Positions 50,611 to 57,973 of a DNA stretch of 64,000 nt are shown piece by piece; position 1 is the first letter of the stretch, and each line of letters starts with the position of its first letter. The notes under the pieces were generated by a model. It saw nothing but the letters and a program-made list of their open reading frames with translations. It was not told the DNA's origin and made no database searches. A program made the translations under genes and the position numbers. This stretch comes from Candidatus Thiovulum imperiosus (GTDB lineage Bacteria > Campylobacterota > Campylobacteria > Campylobacterales > Thiovulaceae), in the NCBI GenBank assembly GCA_024281175.1, contig JAMJTW010000008.1:159309-223308 (forward strand). The letters run 5' to 3'.

Positions 50611-51991
50611 CTCTTTTTCTCCGCATATCCATCTCCATTTTTAAAAGTTTTAAATCTAAATCTGTTTTTCCAAGAGAATTTTCTAGCTGTTCCCAAAAAA
50701 CTTGAAACTTTTTATCTTTAAATCTATTTGAGTAGATAAGTTCTTTAATCTCTTTTATCTCTTGTTCAATTTCTGGAGTTCTGGTTTCATCTAATCCCAT
50801 TACATCAGTCAAAACTTTTTGAAACTCTAAACCGTAACTCTTTTCAGCTGTTAAAACTCCAGTTGGCGTAAGAACTCTTATTGTTTCACTTTTTGCACTT
50901 CCAATAATATGAGGTGAATGAGTGGCTACAACTATTTGGCAATTGTTATTTTTAGCAAAATTTTCATAAAGTTTCAAAACACGATTTTGCCAACTTGGGT
51001 GAAGAGATAATTCTGGCTCATCAATTAAGATTATTTTATTTTTTATGTCTCTAAAATAGAGATACAAAACTTTGCTAACAAGAGTCTTTTCACCAGTTGA
51101 AAGCTGATTTATATTGAACTCTTTTTCACTACTATTTTTAAAATAGATGTTGTCCTCTAAATCAACTCTGCTGAAATTGAAAGTTAAATCCAATCCAGAA
51201 AAAACCTCTGAAATATATTTTTGAAGTTTCTCTGTAATTTGGTCAATATTGAGTTTCTCAATTCTGAACATTCGATTGATATAGTCTAAAATTAACTTTT
51301 CCAAATCACCAAAAACATTTACTTCAACTGGTAAATACTCTATTCGTTTCAGATATTCAGACTTCTTTTCTCTAATTCCATCAAAACTTTCGCGAAGTTC
51401 AAATATATCCAATTCACCATTTTCATCTGTTTTGAAAATTTCAACAGAGTCTCCATCTTTTAAACTATATTTTGAAAGATATTCCAAAATAGTTGTTTTT
51501 CCAGTTCCATTTTTTCCAGCAATTACAATTAGAGATAGAGGCTTTTTATCACTATCTTCAAAACTTAACTCAAAATCTTGAAACATTTTGCTGTCTTTGA
51601 TGAAGATGTTTTTGATTTTATACTCATTTGGCTTTAAGTCTTGGAACTGGCTTTGTTGGAGTTGCTTAACGCAATTATCGATATATTGGAAAAGTTCAGT
51701 TTTTGGATTTACAGATTTACTAAGTTTTACAGAAGAGAGTTTGAAATTTGGTTTAGGGCAGTTTTGATTTAAAATATTTGTTTTTCTAAAAAATTTAAAA
51801 TCTAAGTTTTTAACTTCACCAGTTACTTGGACTAAAGCAATAGGAAAAATGCCATTTTTAATAAGAACAATATCACCAATATTCATACTTTTAAATTGTT
51901 GAATTTGTGAGCTTTTCATAAAACTTTTTCTAATAGAAATATGATTTCCATTGTCACCAAAATCATAATCTATCATATGCCAATAGGTCAT
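50603..51991 (-). CDS. ABC/AAA_21-type ATPase, PtuA-like, with extra N-terminal domain
   Basis: Walker A IAGKNGTGKTT, signature-like LSTGEK, Walker B IILIDEPELSLHP, H-loop VATHSP. The ~150-aa N-terminal extension has a PUA/EVE-like pattern YW...MNIGDIVLIKNG..PIALVQVTGEV. Confidence 0.75.
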   Translation of the reverse strand: MTYWHMIDYDFGDNGNHISIRKSFMKSSQIQQFKSMNIGDIVLIKNGIFPIALVQVTGEVKNLDFKFFRKTNILNQNCPKPNFKLSSVKLSKSVNPKTELFQYIDNCVKQLQQSQFQDLKPNEYKIKNIFIKDSKMFQDFELSFEDSDKKPLSLIVIAGKNGTGKTTILEYLSKYSLKDGDSVEIFKTDENGELDIFELRESFDGIREKKSEYLKRIEYLPVEVNVFGDLEKLILDYINRMFRIEKLNIDQITEKLQKYISEVFSGLDLTFNFSRVDLEDNIYFKNSSEKEFNINQLSTGEKTLVSKVLYLYFRDIKNKIILIDEPELSLHPSWQNRVLKLYENFAKNNNCQIVVATHSPHIIGSAKSETIRVLTPTGVLTAEKSYGLEFQKVLTDVMGLDETRTPEIEQEIKEIKELIYSNRFKDKKFQVFWEQLENSLGKTDLDLKLLKMEMDMRRKRGV

Positions 51992-52085
51992 CTACTTCCC
52001 CAGTTTCACCAATCCAATTCCAACAGCGGTGAGGAGGAGAAGTCCTCCAATTGTGTAAAGTATTACTTCGGTAGTTACAGGTTCG

Positions 52086-54782
52086 CTAAACATTTACCAC
52101 CTCATCACATCTTTGGCAAAGCCCATTTTCCTCTTCAGCTCGATGTTTCCAACATCTTGGACATCTATGCTTACTTCCTAAAAGAAGTGAAAAGTTCTCT
52201 TCACCAATTTGGAAACTTGCAAGTTTCTCATCTTCATCATGTCGAAGAACTCGGCTAACCAAGAAGAAATCTTCCGCTTCAGTTCTATCTAAATCTTGTA
52301 TAAGTTTTGAGTCTGTAAAAAGGACGAGTTCCAACGAATTCTTTACAACTTTCTCTTTCTTGAGTCTATCAATTTCCGTATTCACTTTCTCTCGAACTTC
52401 TAGCAGATACTTCTCTTCAAAACCGCTTTCAATTTCTGGAAGTTTTTCATAAGTGAAATCGAAAATATCTTCTGCATCTCCTTTTACAACTTTTGGAGCA
52501 TATTCCAAAATTTCGTCAGCAGTGTAAGTTAGAATTGGGGCGATAAGACCAAGTAGAGATTTGAGAATTAGAGCCATTGCACTTTGGGAGGCTACCCGAT
52601 GGGAATTCTCTTTTCCATCACAATAGAGTCTATCTTTACAAACATCTAAATAGATACCTGAAAGTTGGGTTACAACAAAGTTTTGAAGTAGTGAAAATCC
52701 TTTTGCGAATTCGTAATTCTCAAAATCGGTATGAACCTCATCAAAAACTTTTTTAGATTTCTCTAAAATCCACTTATCTAAAATAGAGTAGTTGGTATCT
52801 AACTTTTCAAGTCCATCTATATTTGCAAGGAGGAAGCGGAAAGTATTTCGGAGTTTTTTATACTGTTCAGCACTCTGTTTTAAAATTCCATCAGAGATTT
52901 TTAAATCGTGTTGGAAGTCGGAAGTTGCTACCCAGAGTCGTAAGATTTCAGAACCGTATTGCTTTAGAACTTTGTCAGGAGCAACAACATTTCCTTTAGA
53001 TTTACTCATCTTTTCACCTTTGGCATCAACTGTAAAACCGTGAGTTAGAACAGTTTTGTAAGGTGCTTTTTTGGAGACAGCGGAACTTAAAAGTAGTGAA
53101 CTTTGAAACCAGCCTCGATGTTGGTCTGAACCCTCAAGATATAAATCTGCTTGGTAAGAACCAGCGTCGTAATCGAGAGATTTGAGAACTGCATTCCAAG
53201 TAGCTCCAGAGTCAAACCAGACATCTAAAATATCTGTAACTTGCTCTAAGTCTGCTGGATTTAGGCGGGAAGCTGGATTTACAAAATAGGAAATATCTTT
53301 TGAATACCAGACATCTGTTCCCTCATTTTCAAAAATCATAGCGATAAAATTTAGAACTTTCTCATCTAAAATTACTTCACCCGTTTTCTTATTTCGGAAA
53401 AGTGCAATTGGAACTCCCCAATCTCTCTGTCGAGAAATACACCAATCTGGACGATTTTCAACCATTGAACCAATTCGGTTTCGTCCAGTTTCAGGAACAA
53501 ATCGAGTCTTCTCTATCTCCTCTTGGGCTGTTTCTCGAAGTTTCCCATCTCCGTCCATTGCGATAAACCACTGCTTTGTAGCTCTGAAGATAAGAGGAGT
53601 GTGAGACCGCCAACAGTGAGGATATGAGTGTCGCATTTTAGAGTGTGAAAGTAGGGAGTCACCAAGAAGTTCCAAAATTTTTGGATTTGCTTTAAAGATG
53701 TGCATTCCAACAAACTCTTCTGGAAGAAGTCCTAATCTTGTAAGGGTTTCATCGTAAGTTCCATTTTCAGAAACAGGCATGATGACATCTAAACCATATT
53801 TCAGACCAATTTTGTAGTCATCTTCTCCATGCCCTGGAGCAGTATGAACAGCACCAGTTCCAGAGTCTAAAGTAACATGGTCTCCAAGAACTATTTTTGA
53901 GTCTCTACCATTTAGTGGATTTTTTGCGATGAGGTTCTCTAAACTTTTAGGGTCTATTTCCCTTTTCACTTCTCCTAAAAAGTCAAGATTTGGAAGTAGC
54001 TCTTTTGCAACGATGTATCCCTTTTCTGTCTCGACATACACCTCATCAGGATTTAAAGATATTCCAACATTTGCAGGTAGCGTCCAAGGAGTTGTAGTCC
54101 AAATTACAATACTGCTACCAATTTCAGGAACTTCAAAAGCTACAAAGATAGAGTCGCTCTCTTTCTCTTCATACTCAACTTCAGCTTCAGCAAGTGCTGT
54201 TCTCTCTGCCCAAGACCAATAGACTGGTTTGCTTCGCTCTACAAGAAGTTCCTCTTTTGCAACTCCAATTAGAGTTCGATAGATATTTGCCTCAAATTTG
54301 TAATCCATTGTGAGATATGGCTTTTCCCAATCTGCAACTACACCAAGAGATTTAAATTCCTCTTTCTGAATTTCAACAAATTTCTTTGCGTGATTCCGAC
54401 AAAGTCCTCGAATTTCTTCAGTAGTTTTCTGCTCTTTTTTTGCTTTTCCTCCGAGCTTCTTTTCGACTTGTTGCTCAATTGGTAATCCATGACAATCCCA
54501 ACCTGGAGTAAAACGAACTTTCTTGCCATCGAAGTAGTGAAACTTAACTATTACATCTTTTAAAATCTTATTTAAAGCATGTCCAATATGAGTATGTCCA
54601 TTTGCATAGGGAGGTCCATCATGAAGAGTAAAGCTACCTTCGGCAAACTCCCTATTTTTTTTCATCTTAGAATAGACATCATTTTCAAACCACTTTTTAT
54701 ATCTCTGAGGCTCTTTTTGTGGAAGCCCTCCCCTCATTGGAAAATTTGTTTTTGGAAGCAGTAAGCTATCTTTATAATCCAT
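52086..54782 (-). CDS. ileS: Isoleucine--tRNA ligase
   Basis: 898 aa; HIGH (PPYANGHTHIGH), KMSKS, C-terminal Zn-finger CPRCW...CQRC. Confidence 0.97.
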   Translation of the reverse strand: MDYKDSLLLPKTNFPMRGGLPQKEPQRYKKWFENDVYSKMKKNREFAEGSFTLHDGPPYANGHTHIGHALNKILKDVIVKFHYFDGKKVRFTPGWDCHGLPIEQQVEKKLGGKAKKEQKTTEEIRGLCRNHAKKFVEIQKEEFKSLGVVADWEKPYLTMDYKFEANIYRTLIGVAKEELLVERSKPVYWSWAERTALAEAEVEYEEKESDSIFVAFEVPEIGSSIVIWTTTPWTLPANVGISLNPDEVYVETEKGYIVAKELLPNLDFLGEVKREIDPKSLENLIAKNPLNGRDSKIVLGDHVTLDSGTGAVHTAPGHGEDDYKIGLKYGLDVIMPVSENGTYDETLTRLGLLPEEFVGMHIFKANPKILELLGDSLLSHSKMRHSYPHCWRSHTPLIFRATKQWFIAMDGDGKLRETAQEEIEKTRFVPETGRNRIGSMVENRPDWCISRQRDWGVPIALFRNKKTGEVILDEKVLNFIAMIFENEGTDVWYSKDISYFVNPASRLNPADLEQVTDILDVWFDSGATWNAVLKSLDYDAGSYQADLYLEGSDQHRGWFQSSLLLSSAVSKKAPYKTVLTHGFTVDAKGEKMSKSKGNVVAPDKVLKQYGSEILRLWVATSDFQHDLKISDGILKQSAEQYKKLRNTFRFLLANIDGLEKLDTNYSILDKWILEKSKKVFDEVHTDFENYEFAKGFSLLQNFVVTQLSGIYLDVCKDRLYCDGKENSHRVASQSAMALILKSLLGLIAPILTYTADEILEYAPKVVKGDAEDIFDFTYEKLPEIESGFEEKYLLEVREKVNTEIDRLKKEKVVKNSLELVLFTDSKLIQDLDRTEAEDFFLVSRVLRHDEDEKLASFQIGEENFSLLLGSKHRCPRCWKHRAEEENGLCQRCDEVVNV

Positions 54783-54971
54783 AATTTAAACTTTTTCAGA
54801 ATTCTACCGAAAGAGACTTTTCAGGTAGGAAATTTTATATTATGTCACTTTGACTGGATCGAAGAGGTCTACTTTCATATGTTACAAAAATTTAAACAAA
54901 TGTTAGAAATTTTTTGTTGAAAAAAGTTCTGTTTCTAAATAGAATTTTCTGAAAATATTTCAGGAGTATTT

Positions 54972-55360
54972 ATGAAGAAATTAGTTCTATTTTTTACCCT
55001 CACGCTCTCTCTTTTTGGAATTGAGAATAGTTTTATCGACTCACTACCAAAACTCCAATAAAAGAGGAACTTGAGGGGATAACTGGGTTGAATTGTGCAA
55101 TAAAAAGTATTTCAAATATTTCTGGAATAGGAAATCTTTCTAATTTGACTTACCTCTATTTGCATAACAATTCGATTTCAGAGATAGGTAGTGAAATAGG
55201 AAATCTTTCTGATTTGCAATACCTCTCTTTGCATAAAAACAACATAACAGAAATTCCATCAGCTCTAAATTCGCTTTCAAACTTGAGTAAGCATTTAAAT
55301 CTACTACAATTACCAAATCCTCTTCTGAAACCGTTGTTGAGTTCCTTGAAAGAGTTTTAG
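54972..55360 (+). pseudogene. Frameshifted small secreted leucine-rich-repeat protein
   Basis: ATG 54972 gives the signal peptide MKKLVLFFTLTLSLFG..., which stops at 55059. A different frame, open from 55031, continues as ...EELEGITGLNCAIKSISNISGIGNLSNLTYLYLHNNSISEIGSEIGNLSDLQYLSLHKNNITEIP (LxxLxLxxNxI repeats). Confidence 0.5.
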
Positions 55361-55389
55361 GCTTGTAGTTTTTTCTCTTTTCTCTTGTC

Positions 55390-55412
55390 ATGTCCGTGCT
55401 TGACACGGACAT
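55390..55412. repeat. Palindromic hairpin unit
   Basis: ATGTCCGTG-CTTGA-CACGGACAT, perfect 9-bp arms, directly abutting the next repeat element. Confidence 0.6.
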
Positions 55413-55417
55413 CTTAT

Positions 55418-55512
55418 GTCATTTCGAACCCTTTAGGGTGAGAAATCCTTGTATTGAACGAAGTGAAATATCTTTCAAGATTTCTCAATCGCTTCGCTCA
55501 TATCGAAATGAC
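55418..55512. repeat. Small palindromic (MITE/REP-like) element, copy 2
   Basis: Same termini GTCATTTCGA / TCGAAATGAC as 49941..50011. Internal long-range pair GAGAAATC (55440-47) / GATTTCTC (55479-86). Shared CGCTTCGCTC block. Confidence 0.75.
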
Positions 55513-55530
55513 GATGGTTGGCTTTTGTCC

Positions 55531-55549
55531 CCCTGAACTTGTTTCAGGG
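55531..55549. repeat. Palindromic hairpin unit CCCTGAA-N5-TTCAGGG
   Basis: CCCTGAA-CTTGT-TTCAGGG. The same arms occur at 11251..11269. Confidence 0.55.
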
Positions 55550-55575
55550 TCTCTCATTTTTGCTAAAATCTTCAA

Positions 55576-55842
55576 ATGGAAACAAAAAAGCTTAAATTAG
55601 ATGTTATAAAAACTCAAGTTGAGATTTTTCATAAAAAGATATTGGTATTTTTAGGAGTTGGAGCGGGAAGTTTCTATTATGCTGTTAAGTTTATAGGAAA
55701 CTCTGAAATCTTGGTTACATTATTTGCTCTCTTCTTAGCGTTAGTATTTGCATATGTTTCACTTGGAACAATTGTAACTCTTGTCAAATTAAATTCTTTG
55801 GAAAAAGATTTAGATATTCTTAAAAGGAGTTTAGATGAATGA
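55576..55842 (+). CDS. Small two-TM membrane protein, hypothetical
   Basis: 88 aa; hydrophobic helices ILVFLGVGAGSFYYAV and LVTLFALFLALVFAYVSLGTIV; located in the accessory islet. Confidence 0.4.
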   Translation: METKKLKLDVIKTQVEIFHKKILVFLGVGAGSFYYAVKFIGNSEILVTLFALFLALVFAYVSLGTIVTLVKLNSLEKDLDILKRSLDE

Positions 55843-55951
55843 AATCATTGATAATATCACATTTGGTATATTGATTGTCGGAATAACTGTAATTCCATTT
55901 GTCGCCTATTTTGCAGTAAAAAACAACTGGAAAATAGCTGATTTTTTCTAA
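55835..55951 (+). CDS. Very small single-TM ORF, hypothetical
   Basis: Below the ORF-track cutoff: MNEIIDNITFGILIVGITVIPFVAYFAVKNNWKIADFF. Its ATG overlaps the previous stop by 8 nt (ATGAATGA). Confidence 0.3.
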   Translation: MNEIIDNITFGILIVGITVIPFVAYFAVKNNWKIADFF

Positions 55952-56013
55952 GTAAATAAAAATAAAATATGGTAAAATTCTTTTTGGAAATTTTACTTCC
56001 ATTTTGAATTTGT

Positions 56014-56113
56014 CTTGATAAGGCTTTACCAAGTGCCTTTTTGCAAACTTAAGGCTTCCTTCGGGAAGTCTTATCAAGGTGAATTCGGAGAGTTTGCAAA
56101 TAAAACTTGGTAA
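56014..56113 (+). ncRNA. Candidate structured leader/ncRNA upstream of antirepressor cassette 1
   Basis: Nested stems: TTACCAAGT (56026-34) / ACTTGGTAA (56105-13); TTTGCAAACT (56040-49) / AGTTTGCAAA (56091-100); and a 10-bp hairpin at 56050-73 capped by C(UUCG)G. Upstream CTTGATAAGGCTT (56014-26) can alternatively pair with AAGTCTTATCAAG (56066-78). A paralogous copy with compensatory changes lies at 57022..57119. Confidence 0.55.
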
Positions 56114-56173
56114 CTTTATTTTCAGCTCTCTAAAAAAGAGGATTTCCACCAAATTTATTTTTACCGTATTTAA

Positions 56174-56974
56174 ATGAAAGAACTTATCAAAGTTTCTCAA
56201 AACAGAATAGGAGACGACGAAGTAAATTCCGTTTCTGCTAGAGAATTGCATAAAGCATTAGAGTCTAAAGACGAATTTGCACACTGGAGCAAAGCTCAAA
56301 TTAAAAGAGCTGGACTAGAAGAAAACATCGATTTTATCAAGGTTTGGAGCGATGGGGAAAAACCCATCGCTAAATTTATCCTAGAAAAAGAACTTTTAAA
56401 AAAGTTTAAGTCTGTACAACAAGCGACAGCCTCTGGTTGGCAATCTGATTACATCTTAACTATTGAAAGTGCAAAACATATTGCTATGATGTCAGGAACA
56501 CAAAAAGGAAAAGAGGTCCGAAACTATTTCATTGAGATTGAAAAGAAGTTTTGGCAAGTTTCCGAAACAAAAGTTTCTTCTTTAAAAGATTTAGATAGAG
56601 CAAAAATGAAAGAGTTGAAGTTACAAGTTCAAGATTTACAAGAACTTTCAAAACCAGTTTTAGAGTTTTCAAAAACTCTTCAAACTGAAAATCCATACAC
56701 CCTTACAGTTCTTGAAAAGATTACAAAAGAGAATTTAGGTTTTTCACTTTTTGAAACTTTTCAAATTGACTTTTCAGAAACTCTGTTTCTACCAACTGAG
56801 CTTGGAAAATTTATTGGAGTTTCAGGAGCTGAAATGAATAGGAAATTGAAAGAGAGAGGTTTTCAAATTCGAGATGGAAAAAATTGGAAACTTACAGAAA
56901 AAGGAAAAAAGTTTGGAAATGATGTTTCCGAAGATTTTCCGCAACTCAAATGGAAAATTGATGTTCTTTTGTAA
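56174..56974 (+). CDS. Phage antirepressor (AntA N-domain + KilAC/ANT C-domain), copy 1
   Basis: VNSVSARELHKAL...F..W; DYILTIESAKHIAMMSGTQKGKEVRNYFIEIEKKF (AntA-like); C-terminal LPTELGKFIGVSGAEMNRKLKERGF (KilAC-like). Confidence 0.8.
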   Translation: MKELIKVSQNRIGDDEVNSVSARELHKALESKDEFAHWSKAQIKRAGLEENIDFIKVWSDGEKPIAKFILEKELLKKFKSVQQATASGWQSDYILTIESAKHIAMMSGTQKGKEVRNYFIEIEKKFWQVSETKVSSLKDLDRAKMKELKLQVQDLQELSKPVLEFSKTLQTENPYTLTVLEKITKENLGFSLFETFQIDFSETLFLPTELGKFIGVSGAEMNRKLKERGFQIRDGKNWKLTEKGKKFGNDVSEDFPQLKWKIDVLL

Positions 56975-57021
56975 ATGTGATAAAATCCTTTTTAGAAATT
57001 TTACTTCCATTTTGAATTTGT

Positions 57022-57119
57022 CTTGATAAGGCTTTACCAGTGCCTACAACATGAACGAGGCTTTCTTCGGAAAGTCTTATCAAGGTGAATTCGGAGAGTT
57101 CATGTTGTGAAACTGGTAA
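57022..57119 (+). ncRNA. Candidate structured leader/ncRNA upstream of antirepressor cassette 2
   Basis: Same scaffold as 56014..56113: TTACCAGT (57034-41) / ACTGGTAA (57112-19); ACAACATGAAC (57046-56) / GTTCATGTTGT (57098-108); hairpin 57057-78 with C(UUCG)G; alternative pairing CTTGATAAGGCTTT (57022-35) / AAAGTCTTATCAAG (57071-84). Confidence 0.55.
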
Positions 57120-57179
57120 CTTTGCACATTTACTCTCTCAAAAGAGGATTTCCACCAAATTTATTTTTACCATATTTAA

Positions 57180-57905
57180 ATGAAAGAACTATTAAAAGTT
57201 TCTCAAAAGAGAATAGGAGATGAGTCTGTAAACTCTGTTTCTGCTAGAGAATTGCATGTAGTGTTAGGGGTGAGCAAAGATTTTTCAAGCTGGATAAAAG
57301 CACAATTGAACAGGGGTTTTTTTGTAGAAAATATTGATTACATCGTTGTTCCAATTGGCAAAAGTTTGCACCCCCAAAAAGGTGAGCAAAGAGGTGGTCA
57401 TAATAAAATAGACTATATTCTTACTCTTGAAACAGCTAAACATATTGCAATGATGTCTGGAACTCAAAAAGGAAAAGATATTCGAGATTATTTCATTGAG
57501 ATTGAAAAGAAGTTTTGGCAAATTTCTGAAACAAATGTTTCTTTAAAAGATTTAGATTTACAAAGTGTTGAGACAGACTTAGAAACTGTGAGTAGAATTC
57601 TAAAGATTTTTCAAGAACACAACTCTTTAGAAAAAACGCAATTGGATAACTTCATAAATGCTAAATTTGGCGTTTCACTTCTCCAGAGTTTTAAAATCTC
57701 TTTTCAAAACACTCTTTTTCTACCAACCGAACTTGGAAAATTTATTGGAGTTTCAGGAGCTGAAATGAATAGGAAACTGAAAGAGAAAGGTTTTCAAATT
57801 CGAGATGGCAAACATTGGAAATTGACAGAAAAAGGCGTAGAGTTTGGAAATGATGTTTCCGAAGAATTTCCACAACTCAAATGGAAAATTGATGTTCTTT
57901 TGTAG
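57180..57905 (+). CDS. Phage antirepressor (AntA + KilAC), copy 2
   Basis: Paralog of 56174..56974. The N-terminal ~25 aa, the DYILTLETAKHIAMMSGTQKGK block and the C-terminal ~60 aa are near-identical. The middle is divergent. Confidence 0.8.
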   Translation: MKELLKVSQKRIGDESVNSVSARELHVVLGVSKDFSSWIKAQLNRGFFVENIDYIVVPIGKSLHPQKGEQRGGHNKIDYILTLETAKHIAMMSGTQKGKDIRDYFIEIEKKFWQISETNVSLKDLDLQSVETDLETVSRILKIFQEHNSLEKTQLDNFINAKFGVSLLQSFKISFQNTLFLPTELGKFIGVSGAEMNRKLKEKGFQIRDGKHWKLTEKGVEFGNDVSEEFPQLKWKIDVLL

Positions 57906-57935
57906 GGAGTGACCAAATAGGAAACAAAGCAACCG

Positions 57936-57958
57936 AAGAGTCTTATTTTTAGACTCTT
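57936..57958. terminator. Hairpin between convergent ant copy 2 and frdA
   Basis: AAGAGTCT-TATTTTT-AGACTCTT, 8-bp stem. Confidence 0.45.
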
Positions 57959-57973
57959 GCATTTGAAATTGCT

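Noticed and set aside
49941-55512. Composite transposon bounded by the two GTCATTTCGA...TCGAAATGAC elements
   Set aside because: The interval contains the essential gene ileS and no transposase. The elements are short hairpin repeats of different lengths, more consistent with independent REP/MITE-like insertions.
55820-56251. 143-aa minus-strand ORF (and the similar 56822..57010 and 57753..57962 ORFs)
   Set aside because: They run antisense across the small membrane ORFs, the repeated leader and the 5' or 3' ends of the ant genes. Their conservation between copies is explained by the plus-strand features.
55975-57182. Retron msr/msd interpretation of the structured elements, prompted by the PtuAB-like genes 4 kb away
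   Set aside because: There is no reverse transcriptase ORF anywhere in the window. The elements are separated from ptuAB by ileS, lie on the opposite strand and are tied to the ant genes.
55975-57182. Integron attC / gene-cassette interpretation of the repeated hairpin-plus-gene units
   Set aside because: There is no intI, no recognisable R''/R' core sites (RYYYAAC/GTTRRRY) at the stem bases, and no third hairpin after the last gene. The UUCG tetraloop argues for RNA-level structure.
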